Source: Dehalococcoidia bacterium
GTDB lineage: Bacteria; Chloroflexota; Dehalococcoidia; Tepidiformales; Tepidiformaceae
NCBI GenBank assembly: GCA_041910095.1
Contig: JAYRRO010000297.1
Location: 1-62,633, forward strand
Direction: 5' to 3'
Length of the DNA stretch: 62,633 nucleotides
This document shows, one piece after another, positions 34,970 to 44,494 of the stretch. The notes under the pieces were generated by a model. It had not been told where the DNA came from and did not search any database. It saw only the letters and a list, made by a program, of their open reading frames with translations. The translations under genes were made by a program, and so were the position numbers. Each line of letters starts with the position of its first letter. Within the stretch, counting starts at the first letter, position 1.

Positions 34970-35011
34970 CCGCCGGTTCCCCGGACCCGGGGCGGCACCT
35001 ACGATGGCCGG

Positions 35012-35869
35012 GTGACCGCCGAGGAAGCACCGCCGCCCATGCCCGCGCCGCCAGCGCCGCCACCCTCCGGGCGGCCGACGTGGAGCTATGTCCTCCTCCC
35101 GGGGGCCATCCTCGTGGCCGCCCTGATCGTCGCCACAGCGGTGCTCTACACCCGCCGCGACCCCGATAAAGCGACCCCGGACGCGGCTCCCACACCCGCG
35201 GCGGTGACGAATGTCTTCGCGACCCCGGGCGCCGCGAACCAGCCCGCGACCCTCGCGGCGGCGTTCCGCGCGTACGGCGCCCAGGCCGGAATCGATGACA
35301 CCCAGTTCGTCGCGTGCCTCGCCGACAAGGCGAACGCGGAGCTGGTGAATTCGCACCTCCTGCGAGGAGGAGGGCTCGGCGTGGATGGCACGCCAACGTT
35401 CTTCATCAACAACAAACGCGTCGTCGGCGACCAGCCCTGGGCGATCTTCGAGGAAGTGATCAACGCCGAACTCGCCGGGAGCCCGAAGTCGCTGGATGGC
35501 TATTCGGCGGCGGTGAAGGCGCTGGCGGCGAAGACCCCGCCGCAGTTCGAGATACTGGCATCGCGGGCCGACATCACGGGCGCGCACATCGAAGGCGACG
35601 CGAACGCGCCTGTCATGGTTGCGGAGTACTCCGACTTCCAGTGCCCGTTCTGCAAGCGGTGGGTAGAGAGTTCGCTGCCCAAGCTGCGCGCGCGGGAGAA
35701 GGATGGCGTCGCGCTCGCATTCCTGCACTTCCCCATCGTTCAGATTCACCCGAACGCCGGGTACGCGAGCCTCGCGGCGGCCTGCGCGGGACGCCAGGGG
35801 AAGTTCTGGCCGATGCACGATCTCCTCTTTGCCCGGCAGACGGAGTGGCAGAAGCTCCCAGCGCAGTAA
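35012..35869 (+). CDS. Membrane-anchored DsbA/thioredoxin-like oxidoreductase with apparently circularly permuted domain order
   Basis: An N-terminal TM comes first. The segment that is normally C-terminal follows ('AGIDDTQFVACL...GVDGTPTFFINNKRVVG...EEVINAEL'). The segment that is normally N-terminal comes last ('NAPVMVAEYSDFQCPFCKRW...HPNAG...QGKFWPMHDLLFARQ'). Confidence 0.7.
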   Translation: MTAEEAPPPMPAPPAPPPSGRPTWSYVLLPGAILVAALIVATAVLYTRRDPDKATPDAAPTPAAVTNVFATPGAANQPATLAAAFRAYGAQAGIDDTQFVACLADKANAELVNSHLLRGGGLGVDGTPTFFINNKRVVGDQPWAIFEEVINAELAGSPKSLDGYSAAVKALAAKTPPQFEILASRADITGAHIEGDANAPVMVAEYSDFQCPFCKRWVESSLPKLRAREKDGVALAFLHFPIVQIHPNAGYASLAAACAGRQGKFWPMHDLLFARQTEWQKLPAQ

Positions 35870-35939
35870 GGCGCCGGCTCTTGACCGTGGCCCGCGGTAA
35901 CGCTCGCGTGAACGGGAGGGTCGGGCTAGGGTTCGAAAC

Positions 35940-37193
35940 ATGACGCAGCGCGTGTCTGGCCGGCAGGAGATGGGGCTACGAGACCTGGGCCTCTCGGTCT
36001 ACGTGCCCACCTTCCTGTTCGCTGTCGGACAGGGCGCGGTCATCCCCATCGTTGGCCTCGCGGCGAAGGACCTCGGCGCGTCGATCGCCATCGCCGGCCT
36101 GGTCGTGACACTGCGGGGCATCGGCGTGCTTGCGTTCGATGTGCCCGCAGGGTGGCTGGTTTCGCGGTTTGGGGAGCGGCTCGCGATGGCGTTCGGCACG
36201 CTGCTTGTGATCGGCGCGCTCGCGGGCTCGGCGCTGAGCCCGCATTGGGCGGTGCTGGCGCTTTGCACCTTCATCATGGGATGCGGCTGGTCGGTGTGGC
36301 TGTTGGCGCGCCTCGCCTACGTGAGCGACGTGATGCCTGCCCACCTGCGCGGACGGGCGCTCTCGACGCTCGGCGGCATGAATCGCGTCGGGAACTTCGT
36401 CGGGCCGTTCCTGTTCGCGGGGCTCGCGGTGTTCGGCGGGATCACCGTCGCATATGTGATCCACATCGTGACGGCCCTGTGCGCCTGGCTGCTGTTGCTC
36501 GTGCTGGTGAAGGACGCCGACGACTCGAAGGGACTACCCCAGCACGAGCATGTGAACTTCGCCGCGGTCGTCCGGGAGCACTCGCACGTCTTCCTGACGG
36601 CCGGCATCGCGGCGACCACGATTCAGACGCTGCGCGCGACGCGGCAGCTGATCCTGCCGCTCTGGGCGGACCACATCGGCCTGGACGCGAGTGCGGTCGG
36701 TCTCGTGTTCGGGATTTCGATGGCAATGGAGATGACGCTGTTCTATCCGGCCGGGTCGGCGATGGACCGCTGGGGGCGGAAGTCCGTCGCGTTGCCGTGT
36801 CTCGGGATTATGTCCATCGGCATGCTCGCGCTGCCGCTCACCGGCGGCTTCCTGGCGATCACCATCGTGGGCCTGCTCATCGGCTTTGGGAACGGGCTGG
36901 GGAGCGGCATCGTGATGACGCTGGGGGCCGACTTCTCGCCGGATGTGGGGCGTGCGCAGTTCCTCGGCGCGTGGCGGGTGTGCGGCGACATCGGCACGGC
37001 CGGCGGGCCGCTCGTGGCCTCGGCGGCGATCTTCGCAATCTCACTCGCGGGGGCCTCGCTGATGATGGGCGCGATCGGCATCGTCGGCCTGGGCATCATG
37101 GTGCTGCGCATGCCGGAACCCCTTCACGCGGCGCGCAAGGCCGAACAGGCGAACCTCTCCGCGGAGGGCGCACCAGCCGGCGGAGGTTCCTAG
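35940..37193 (+). CDS. MFS transporter
   Basis: About 12 predicted TM helices, with 'G.L..RFGER' and 'D.WGRK' MFS loop motifs. Confidence 0.85.
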   Translation: MTQRVSGRQEMGLRDLGLSVYVPTFLFAVGQGAVIPIVGLAAKDLGASIAIAGLVVTLRGIGVLAFDVPAGWLVSRFGERLAMAFGTLLVIGALAGSALSPHWAVLALCTFIMGCGWSVWLLARLAYVSDVMPAHLRGRALSTLGGMNRVGNFVGPFLFAGLAVFGGITVAYVIHIVTALCAWLLLLVLVKDADDSKGLPQHEHVNFAAVVREHSHVFLTAGIAATTIQTLRATRQLILPLWADHIGLDASAVGLVFGISMAMEMTLFYPAGSAMDRWGRKSVALPCLGIMSIGMLALPLTGGFLAITIVGLLIGFGNGLGSGIVMTLGADFSPDVGRAQFLGAWRVCGDIGTAGGPLVASAAIFAISLAGASLMMGAIGIVGLGIMVLRMPEPLHAARKAEQANLSAEGAPAGGGS

Positions 37194-37202
37194 CCCCGCG
37201 GC

Positions 37203-38669
37203 TCAGGCGAGATCCGGGAGCCGGTTCGACCAGCCGAGCGCGGATTCGAAGGCGTAGGCAGCGCGCAGGATTCGGCCCTCATCGAAGAAGTTCCCAATGA
37301 TCTGCAGGCCGACGGGGAGGCCTTCGCTGAGGCCGCAGGGCAGGCTCAGCCCGGGGAGCCCGGCGACCGAGGCCGGCAGCGTGTAGACGTCGTTCAGGTA
37401 CATCGCGAACGGGTCGTCGACCTTGGCGCCGATGGGGAAGGCGACCGTCGGAGACGTCGGCGTGACGATCACGTCGTACTTCTCAAAGGCGGCCTGGAAC
37501 TCGCGATTGATGAGCGTGCGGACCTTCTGCGCCTTGAGGTAGTAGGCGTCGTAGTAGCCGGCGCTGAGGGCGTAGGTGCCGAGCATGATGCGCCGCTTCA
37601 CTTCATTGCCGAAGCCGCCGGCGCGCGTCTGCTCCATGTTCTCCCACATGCTGGCGCCCGAGCGGTCGCTGAAGCCGTACTTCACGCCGTCGTAGCGGGC
37701 GAGGTTCGCGCTCGCTTCGCTCGGGGCGATGATGTAGTAGACGGCGAGAGCGTGCTCCGTGCTCGGCAGCGAGAGGCTGGTATCGACCTCGCAGCCAAGG
37801 TCCTCGAAGAGCTTCAGGGCCTCATCGATGCGGTCCTTCACGCCGGGCTCCATGCCGGCGATGAAGTATTCGCGCGGGACGCCGATCTTCATGCCGCGGA
37901 CATCCTGGCCGAGATAGGCGCGCAGGTCGGGCAGGGGCTCGGGGTTGCTGGTGCTGTCGCGCGGGTCGTGGCCCGAGATGCAGTCGAGCATCGTCGCGAC
38001 GTCCTCGACATCACGGCCGATCGGACCGACCTGGTCGAGCGAACTGCCGAACGCGATGATGCCGAAGCGGCTCACCCGCCCATATGTGGGGTCGAAGCCG
38101 ACCATGCCGGTGAGCGAGGCGGGCTGGCGAATGCTGCCGCCGGTGTCGCTGCCGAGGGAGAGGAGCGCCTCGCCGGCGGCGACCGCGGCGGCCGAGCCGC
38201 CCGAGCTGCCGCCGGGCACGAGGTCCAGGTTCCAGGGGTTGTGGGACGCGCCGTAGGCCGAGTGCTCGGTGCTGGAGCCCATGGCGAACTCATCCATGTT
38301 CGCTTTCCCGACCATGACCGCGCCGGCCCGGCGAAGCTGCTCGTAGACGTGGCTGTCGTAGGGCGGGATGAAGTTTTCGAGGATGCGCGACCCGGCGGTG
38401 GTGCGAACGCCCTTCGTGACGATGAGGTCCTTCACGGCCACGGGGATGCCGGTGAGCGGCGTGGCGGTGCCGGAGGCGAAGCGCGCATCGGCCTCGCGCG
38501 CCTGTTCGAGAGCAACCTCGGGCGTGCGCGTGATGTAGGCATTCACCTTCGGCTCGACCGCTTCGATGCGCTCAAGGACCGACCGCGTGAGTTCAACGGA
38601 CGAGAGTTCGCGCGCGCGGAGCTTCTCGTGGGCCTCGTGCGCGGTGAGCCGCCAGGCCTCGGCCATCAT
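37203..38669 (-). CDS. gatA: Glu-tRNA(Gln)/Asp-tRNA(Asn) amidotransferase subunit A
   Basis: Amidase signature 'GGSSGGSAAAVAAG', and an N-terminus typical of GatA. Confidence 0.95.
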   Translation of the reverse strand: MMAEAWRLTAHEAHEKLRARELSSVELTRSVLERIEAVEPKVNAYITRTPEVALEQAREADARFASGTATPLTGIPVAVKDLIVTKGVRTTAGSRILENFIPPYDSHVYEQLRRAGAVMVGKANMDEFAMGSSTEHSAYGASHNPWNLDLVPGGSSGGSAAAVAAGEALLSLGSDTGGSIRQPASLTGMVGFDPTYGRVSRFGIIAFGSSLDQVGPIGRDVEDVATMLDCISGHDPRDSTSNPEPLPDLRAYLGQDVRGMKIGVPREYFIAGMEPGVKDRIDEALKLFEDLGCEVDTSLSLPSTEHALAVYYIIAPSEASANLARYDGVKYGFSDRSGASMWENMEQTRAGGFGNEVKRRIMLGTYALSAGYYDAYYLKAQKVRTLINREFQAAFEKYDVIVTPTSPTVAFPIGAKVDDPFAMYLNDVYTLPASVAGLPGLSLPCGLSEGLPVGLQIIGNFFDEGRILRAAYAFESALGWSNRLPDLA

Positions 38670-38953
38670 TCGAGCACCGCCCGGACGCGGAAGTAGCCGT
38701 CCTCCTGCTCCGGCGCGTTCGCGAGCGCGACCTCCCGGGGAAGCGACGGTGCAACTTCGTCGGCACGCATGACGTTGGAAAGCGGCAGGGGGTGCGCGGT
38801 GGGCTCGATGCCATCGGTGTTCACGGCCGCGAGCGCGGCGAAGTGCTCGAGGATGCCCGAGAGCTGGGTCGTGAAGCGTTCCACATCCGCGGGAGAGAGC
38901 TGGACGCGGGCGAGCCGCGCGATATGGAGGACATCGTTGGCCGTGAGCGACAT
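38666..38953 (-). CDS. gatC: Glu-tRNA(Gln)/Asp-tRNA(Asn) amidotransferase subunit C
   Basis: 'VLHIARLARVQLSPADVERFTTQLSGILEHF'. There is an ATGA overlap with gatA. ATG 38953 is preferred because a TACCCT hexamer lies 6 nt upstream. ATG 38971 is the alternative. Confidence 0.88.
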   Translation of the reverse strand: MSLTANDVLHIARLARVQLSPADVERFTTQLSGILEHFAALAAVNTDGIEPTAHPLPLSNVMRADEVAPSLPREVALANAPEQEDGYFRVRAVLE

Positions 38954-39082
38954 GGTCGAAGGGTACACCATGAACCCTTTACCGCCCGGGTGCCGGGTTG
39001 CGATGGCTTTGCTACGCTCGCTGGCGATGCGTCATATCGGTACCGCGGCGCTGCCTCCCCGGGCGGCCGGCCGGGCGGTTTT

Positions 39083-42000
39083 ATGAGCACGCTTCAGCAT
39101 CGTCGCAGGCTGCGGCAGCGGCGGCAGGCGAAGCGCGGCGGCGCGGGCCTCAAAATCGCCCTCTTCCTGGTGCTGGGGCTCGGGGCGCTCGGCGCGCTCA
39201 GTGCGGTGGCGGCCGTCGGCACGGTGTTCGCCGTCTACCAGAACTACGCCGACGAGTATGTGCCCATCGAGGACAAGCTCCGGCAGACACAGATCGGGCT
39301 CACCGAGATCTATGACCGTAACGGCGAGCGGCTGGGCGCGCTGCCGAACCCGGACGCGCAGCTGCTCGACCCGGTGACCCTGGACCGGATCTCGAAGTGG
39401 GTCATCGAGGCCACGATCTCCACCGAGGACAACACGTTCTGGGACAACCCCGGGATCAACTTCGCCGGCCTCATGCGCGCGGCGTGGGAAAACTACGTGG
39501 GCGGCGGCATCGGTTCCGGTACGGGCGGTTCGTCCATCACGCAGCAGCTCATCAAGAACGTGTACATCTGCCCGAACATCGCGACGGAGACCTCGGCGGC
39601 GTGCCTGGGTGCGGCGCGCGAGGGTAAGGCGGGCGTCGACCGCAAGCTTCGCGAAATCACCTACGCCCTGGAGCTGGAGAAGGACTATCCCAAGGAGAAG
39701 ATCCTCCAGTGGTACCTGAACCAGATCTCGTACGCCGACCGCTACATCGGCATCCAGGCGGCGGCGCAGGGGTATTTCCACAAGGACGCGGCGGACCTGA
39801 GCCTGGCGGAATCGGCGCTGCTGGCGGGTGTGCCGCAGTACCCGACCCTGTACCACCCTCGCCTGAACTGCGCGAAGGTGAATGGCGACCCCGAGGGCGA
39901 GTGCGCCGTTGATGGCGAAGGCCGGACCACGGTCGTGGGCGCGGCGAAGCAGCGCCAGGAAGAAGTGCTCGACCTGATGCTGGTTCACCGGCGGGCGACG
40001 GCGGAGGAAGTCGCCGCGGCCAAGACGGAGCCCTTGCTCGTGTACGCCGCCACCAACCCGATCAAGGCCGCGGCCTTCATCGACAACCAGGTTCAGCCGC
40101 GCCTGCAGCGGATGTGCGAGGCCGGAATCCTGCCGAAGCTCGAAGCCGCGAAGGATTGCGCGGCGAGCGTCGCCTCGGCCGGATACAAAGTGACGACGAC
40201 CCTCGATGCGAAGGAGACCGAGGTCGCCCTCGGGATGCTGCGGGACTTCGTGGCCGAGGGACTCAAGAACGGCTGCGAATGCTATAACGCCGCCGTCGTG
40301 ACCATCGAACCCTCGACCGGGCAGGTCATCGTGTACGCGCCCAACCGCGACCCGTCGTACCGCTCGGACCGGCGCGTGGCGGGCGAGATCGACCAGCTCA
40401 ATGAGATCAACCAGCCGGGGTCGTCCTTCAAGCCGGCCGTGTATCTGACGTGGTTCGACAAGCTGAACAAGGCGCCGATGTCCATCCTCTGGGATACCTC
40501 GCCGCTGCCCGTCGAAGGCACCGAGATCGTCAACCCCCGGCAGGGAGACCCCAAGTCCGAGGGCTTGATCACCGCGCGCGGGGCACTCGGCGGGTCGCAG
40601 AACGTGGGCGCGTTCCGCGCGGCACAGGAGGCCGGCGTCGATAACGTCATCGAGATGGCGAAGCGGCTCGGAATCACGACGCTGCACCAGCGGTTCGACC
40701 CGACGTTCCGTTCGCACCCGGACGTCACCTACGGGGCCTCGATCGCGACGGGAGGCGCGAACATCCGCGCGATCGACATGGCGTACATGGACGCGACGAT
40801 TTCGAACATGGGCGTGATGGTCGGGACGCCGAACCTCGTGCCCAAGGACAAGTACATCGACCCGAAGAACCTGAAATCGACGGCGCTGGACAAGGGTGCG
40901 GACTACGAGCTGGCGCTGCAACAGGCCCTGGACTTCGCGCATGGGCACATCCGCCTGCCAGGCACGCGCGAACTGGACCCGGTGGTCGTCCTGCAGGTGA
41001 CGGACCACGACGGGTACGTGGTGTACACGGAGCCAGAACCGCAGCGCCGCGAGATGGTCAACCCGGGTTCGGTGTGGCTGCTGCACAGCATCATGTCGGA
41101 CTGCACGGCGCGCTTCATCATCTGGAACTGCGGCGGGAGCAACAACGATCTTCAGCTGGACTTCTTCCTCGAGGGTACGAAGATCCCGGGCGGGGTGAAG
41201 ACGGGGACCCAGCAGGGCCCGAAGAGCGCCGCCGACACGCTCGAGACGTGGATGACGGGGTATTCGCGCTACGCCGCGACGGCGCTTTGGGTCGGCAATG
41301 CGACGAACGAGCTCGTGCGCGACGGCCCTCAGTACAACTACGCGGCCGCGAACACGACGGTGAAGCTCTTCAAGAACTGGATGGGAGAATATCACCGCTA
41401 CCTGCGCGACAAGGGCACATTCTCGACCCCCGCGGGCTTCGACCCGGTGCGGCCGCGAAACGTGGCGCAGCTGTCGTTCACCTCTCCGCACACGGAGCGC
41501 AAGGGACCGGGCGGGTGCGACCAGACCGTGACCGGCTGGCGGCGCACCGACGTGAGTTACGCCGACGAGTGCGAGGAGCGGGAGATCGACTCGCGGAACG
41601 GACAACTGGCGAGCGATGCGACGCCTTCGCAGTACCGCGTGAAGCAGAAGTTCCCGAAGCTCCCGTCGTTCAAGACCGACGCCGCGATCGAGCTCGCGAA
41701 GCAGTTGAAGATCCCGATCGCACCGACGGAGAAAAGCAGCGGCACCGCCGCGGTGGTGCTGACGAGCCTGAGCCCGGGGAAGACGGTGAACACCGTCACG
41801 AACGTCGTGGGGAGCGTCGCGAATACGGGGAACCTGAAGGGCTGGAAGCTCGAAATCGGGACGGGCGCGGCGCCCACGGAATGGAAGGCGCTGGGCCAGG
41901 GCACGAACCCGGTGACGGACGCGGTGATGGGCACCATCAACCCGGCGGAGTACCCGGCCGGTGTGTATACCGTGCGTCTCACAGCGGACGATCCGCTGCT

Positions 42001-42166
42001 GCGCGGGCTGTCCACCAGCGTGACCATCAACATCCAGACGGGTGGGACGCCAACCTCGGGGACGCCAACGGTGCCCTTCGGGAGCACGCCGCGGCCGCAG
42101 ATCACGCCGCAGCTCCCCGTGCCCAACACGCCGGTGCTGAACCGCACGCCCACGCCGCCGCCCTGA
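39083..42166 (+). CDS. Class A penicillin-binding protein (glycosyltransferase + transpeptidase) with a long C-terminal extension
   Basis: GT51 motifs 'EATISTEDNTFWDNPGI' and 'GGSSITQQLIKN'. Transpeptidase motifs 'GSSFKP' and 'KTGT'. The C-terminal ~250 aa is beta-rich, followed by a Pro/Thr-rich tail. Confidence 0.9.
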   Translation: MSTLQHRRRLRQRRQAKRGGAGLKIALFLVLGLGALGALSAVAAVGTVFAVYQNYADEYVPIEDKLRQTQIGLTEIYDRNGERLGALPNPDAQLLDPVTLDRISKWVIEATISTEDNTFWDNPGINFAGLMRAAWENYVGGGIGSGTGGSSITQQLIKNVYICPNIATETSAACLGAAREGKAGVDRKLREITYALELEKDYPKEKILQWYLNQISYADRYIGIQAAAQGYFHKDAADLSLAESALLAGVPQYPTLYHPRLNCAKVNGDPEGECAVDGEGRTTVVGAAKQRQEEVLDLMLVHRRATAEEVAAAKTEPLLVYAATNPIKAAAFIDNQVQPRLQRMCEAGILPKLEAAKDCAASVASAGYKVTTTLDAKETEVALGMLRDFVAEGLKNGCECYNAAVVTIEPSTGQVIVYAPNRDPSYRSDRRVAGEIDQLNEINQPGSSFKPAVYLTWFDKLNKAPMSILWDTSPLPVEGTEIVNPRQGDPKSEGLITARGALGGSQNVGAFRAAQEAGVDNVIEMAKRLGITTLHQRFDPTFRSHPDVTYGASIATGGANIRAIDMAYMDATISNMGVMVGTPNLVPKDKYIDPKNLKSTALDKGADYELALQQALDFAHGHIRLPGTRELDPVVVLQVTDHDGYVVYTEPEPQRREMVNPGSVWLLHSIMSDCTARFIIWNCGGSNNDLQLDFFLEGTKIPGGVKTGTQQGPKSAADTLETWMTGYSRYAATALWVGNATNELVRDGPQYNYAAANTTVKLFKNWMGEYHRYLRDKGTFSTPAGFDPVRPRNVAQLSFTSPHTERKGPGGCDQTVTGWRRTDVSYADECEEREIDSRNGQLASDATPSQYRVKQKFPKLPSFKTDAAIELAKQLKIPIAPTEKSSGTAAVVLTSLSPGKTVNTVTNVVGSVANTGNLKGWKLEIGTGAAPTEWKALGQGTNPVTDAVMGTINPAEYPAGVYTVRLTADDPLLRGLSTSVTINIQTGGTPTSGTPTVPFGSTPRPQITPQLPVPNTPVLNRTPTPPP

Positions 42167-42189
42167 CCCGTCGGGCGGAGCCGTCCGTT

Positions 42190-43104
42190 CTAGGTGAAGC
42201 GGCTGCCGGGTTGGAGATTCACGGCGCGGGCCCACTCGGCGGCGGGCACCTTCTTGCCGCCATCGGGCTGCACGCGCGTGACGCGAAGAACGCCGCCGTT
42301 GAGGCGAACGTCGAAGCCCTCGTCGTCGACCCGGAGGATGCGGCCGGGCATGCCGGGTTCCACCGTGCCCGTGAGGCGGCAGTCGAAGATGCGCACCTTC
42401 GCCTCCGCGAACGTCGTCCACGCCCCGGGCTGCGGATTGCAGCCGCGAATGAGCGCGTAGAGCGCGTCGGCCGGGCGGTACCAGCGGATGGCGGCATGGC
42501 CATCCCGGCACGGAGGCTCATAGGTCGAGCGGCCGTGGTCCTGGGGGATGCGGGGCGCATGGCCGCCGGCGACGAGAGCCACGCTCTCGGCCATCGCTTC
42601 CACGCCCATGGGAAACAGGTTGCTGAAGTAGAGGCTTGCCACCGTGTCGTCGGGACCGATGGGGACGGTGCGCTGGATGAGTACGGGCCCGGTGTCGATG
42701 CCGTCGTCGGGCCAGAAGATGGTGATGCCGGTCTTGCGGTCTCCGTTGATGATGGCCCAGTTGATCGCCGATGAGCCCCGGTGAAGCGGGAGCAGGCTCG
42801 GGTGGTACTGGACGGTGCCGTGCGCCGGCATGGCGAAGAGCTCCACCGGGAGGATCTCCGTCACGAAGGCCATCAGGCACAGGTCGCCGGCGAGCGGGCG
42901 CCAGGCGGCGAGGCCCTCGGGCGACTTAAGTGCCGCCGTGGGAACGCGCGGCAGGCCGGCTGCTTCGGCGGCGGCCCAGAGCGGGTCGGGACGGGCGCCG
43001 GGCGCATCGGGAGCGCTCACGGCGCTGACGGTGATGCCATCCTGGACCAGGCGCTTGAGGACGGCTTCGCCGAATGCCGCCTGGCCGATCACCGAGACCC
43101 TCAT
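42190..43104 (-). CDS. Formyltransferase family protein (Fmt / 10-formyl-THF dehydrogenase N-domain-like)
   Basis: 'MRVSVIGQAAFGEAV' and 'HPSLLPLHRGSSAINWAIINGDRKTGITIF'. GGGAGG lies upstream of ATG 43104. Confidence 0.8.
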   Translation of the reverse strand: MRVSVIGQAAFGEAVLKRLVQDGITVSAVSAPDAPGARPDPLWAAAEAAGLPRVPTAALKSPEGLAAWRPLAGDLCLMAFVTEILPVELFAMPAHGTVQYHPSLLPLHRGSSAINWAIINGDRKTGITIFWPDDGIDTGPVLIQRTVPIGPDDTVASLYFSNLFPMGVEAMAESVALVAGGHAPRIPQDHGRSTYEPPCRDGHAAIRWYRPADALYALIRGCNPQPGAWTTFAEAKVRIFDCRLTGTVEPGMPGRILRVDDEGFDVRLNGGVLRVTRVQPDGGKKVPAAEWARAVNLQPGSRFT

Positions 43105-43291
43105 GGTGGTCCTCCCGCCGCGTTGTGCGCCCTCGGTCAGCCTACCGTAAACTGGCGGGAGAGATGAACGCACACACGGCGCGAGAGGGAACCTGGGGCG
43201 ACGGCACGCACGTCGCCCCCGTGCGCGGCGGCTCCTGAGACCGGAGTCCGCGTTGCCCGTCCCCGGGCCCACCCCTGCAGGAGAAGATCCC

Positions 43292-43786
43292 TTGGTACGC
43301 GTCGAACCCGCACGGCTGAGCGATGCAGCCGCCATCCATGACCTGGTGACCTACTGGGCCGACCACGGCGACATGCTTCACCGCCCCATCGCCGAAATCT
43401 ACGAAGCGATCCGCGATTTCAAGGTCGCGCGCCACGAGGGCCGCGTCGTGGGCACCGGTTCGCTCCACATCATGGGTTCGGACCTGGCCGAGGTCCGGTC
43501 GCTGGCCGTGGCGGCGGACGCGCAGCTCAAGGGCGTCGGCGCCGCGATCGTGGCGGCCTGCGTGTCCGATGCGCGCACGTTCGGCCTCGAGCGCGTGTTC
43601 GCGCTGACCTACAAACCGGGATTCTTCGAAAAGCAGGGCTTCCGCGTGGCGAACGTGATGGAGTTCCCGCAGAAGGTCTGGAACGAGTGCGTGCGCTGTC
43701 CGTTCTTCACCAACTGCAAGGAAGTGGCCGTCGTGCAGGACCTCAACGGGGCCGATCTCTCGGTGCGGATGGCGCCCGGCGCCTGA
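43292..43786 (+). CDS. GNAT family N-acetyltransferase (amino-acid N-acetyltransferase-like)
   Basis: 'LAVAADAQLKGVGAAIV' is the acetyl-CoA binding motif. The start is taken as TTG 43292, which has GGAGAAG 5 nt upstream. TTG 43253 is the alternative. Confidence 0.75.
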   Translation: MVRVEPARLSDAAAIHDLVTYWADHGDMLHRPIAEIYEAIRDFKVARHEGRVVGTGSLHIMGSDLAEVRSLAVAADAQLKGVGAAIVAACVSDARTFGLERVFALTYKPGFFEKQGFRVANVMEFPQKVWNECVRCPFFTNCKEVAVVQDLNGADLSVRMAPGA

Positions 43787-43810
43787 AATCCCTCGCACCC
43801 GGCCAGCACG

Positions 43811-43834
43811 AAGGCCCTCCGGTTGGAGGGCCTT
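43811..43834. terminator. Bidirectional hairpin between convergent genes (CCCTCC/GGAGGG type)
   Basis: AAGGCCCTCC-ggtt-GGAGGGCCTT, a 10-bp stem. Confidence 0.5.
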
Positions 43835-43857
43835 TCTGCATTGCGGCGCGAGTTGGA

Positions 43858-44394
43858 TCAGGCGGGCTCGTCCTCGCCATCGAGCGTGGAGTCGAGGGCG
43901 GCGACAGGAAGCATGTCGGCGTTCACGCCGGTGCCGGTCGCGGCGTGCACGGAGACTTCGAGCCCGGGCGCGACGGCGGCCAGCCCGTGCCCGAGATGGA
44001 ACGTGAGGCGTGCGGCGACTGCGCTGGCGGCCGAGGCGCCGGTCCCCTGGAGGACGACGCCCACGCTCGTCGCCGTGAAGCGGCCAACGTGGTCGGTGGC
44101 GCGTGTCAGTTCGCGTACGCGGCGTGCGACGGCGCTCATCACGCTGGCACGGCTCAGGCCGCAGCCGCGGTCGCGAATCGACTCGAGGCCGTTCACCTTC
44201 ACGATGAGGAACGAAAGGGGCGCGTTCGGTGCCAGTTCGCCCACGAGGTCGAGCCGTTCGAGCAGCTGATGGCGCGCGACGACCATGGCCCGGGGTTCTC
44301 GCGAAGGAGCGCTGGCCGCCTCGCGGGCGCTTGCCGCGAGTTCAGCCGGCCGGAGAAAGACGAGGTTGGCGGGGACCGCGGTCATTGTCGCCAT
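43858..44394 (-). CDS. Degenerate GGDEF-like domain protein
   Basis: 'LSFLIVKVNGLESIRDRGCGLSRASVMSAVARRVRELTRATDHVGRFTATSVGVVL' aligns with the GGDEF domain core, with TATSV in place of GG(D/E)EF. Confidence 0.45.
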   Translation of the reverse strand: MATMTAVPANLVFLRPAELAASAREAASAPSREPRAMVVARHQLLERLDLVGELAPNAPLSFLIVKVNGLESIRDRGCGLSRASVMSAVARRVRELTRATDHVGRFTATSVGVVLQGTGASAASAVAARLTFHLGHGLAAVAPGLEVSVHAATGTGVNADMLPVAALDSTLDGEDEPA

Positions 44395-44494
44395 GGCATT
44401 ATTCCGTTCGTTTGGCTAGTGCGGATTCTCCGTGGCGGGTCATCAAGATTGTGATAGGGCAACCCCCAAGGGGGTGGCACCCCTTCCCCAATTC

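Noticed and set aside
39032-42511. 1159-aa ORF antisense to the PBP gene
   Set aside because: The composition is dominated by Arg, His, Pro and Val, and no family motif is present. The opposite strand carries unambiguous GT51 and transpeptidase motifs.
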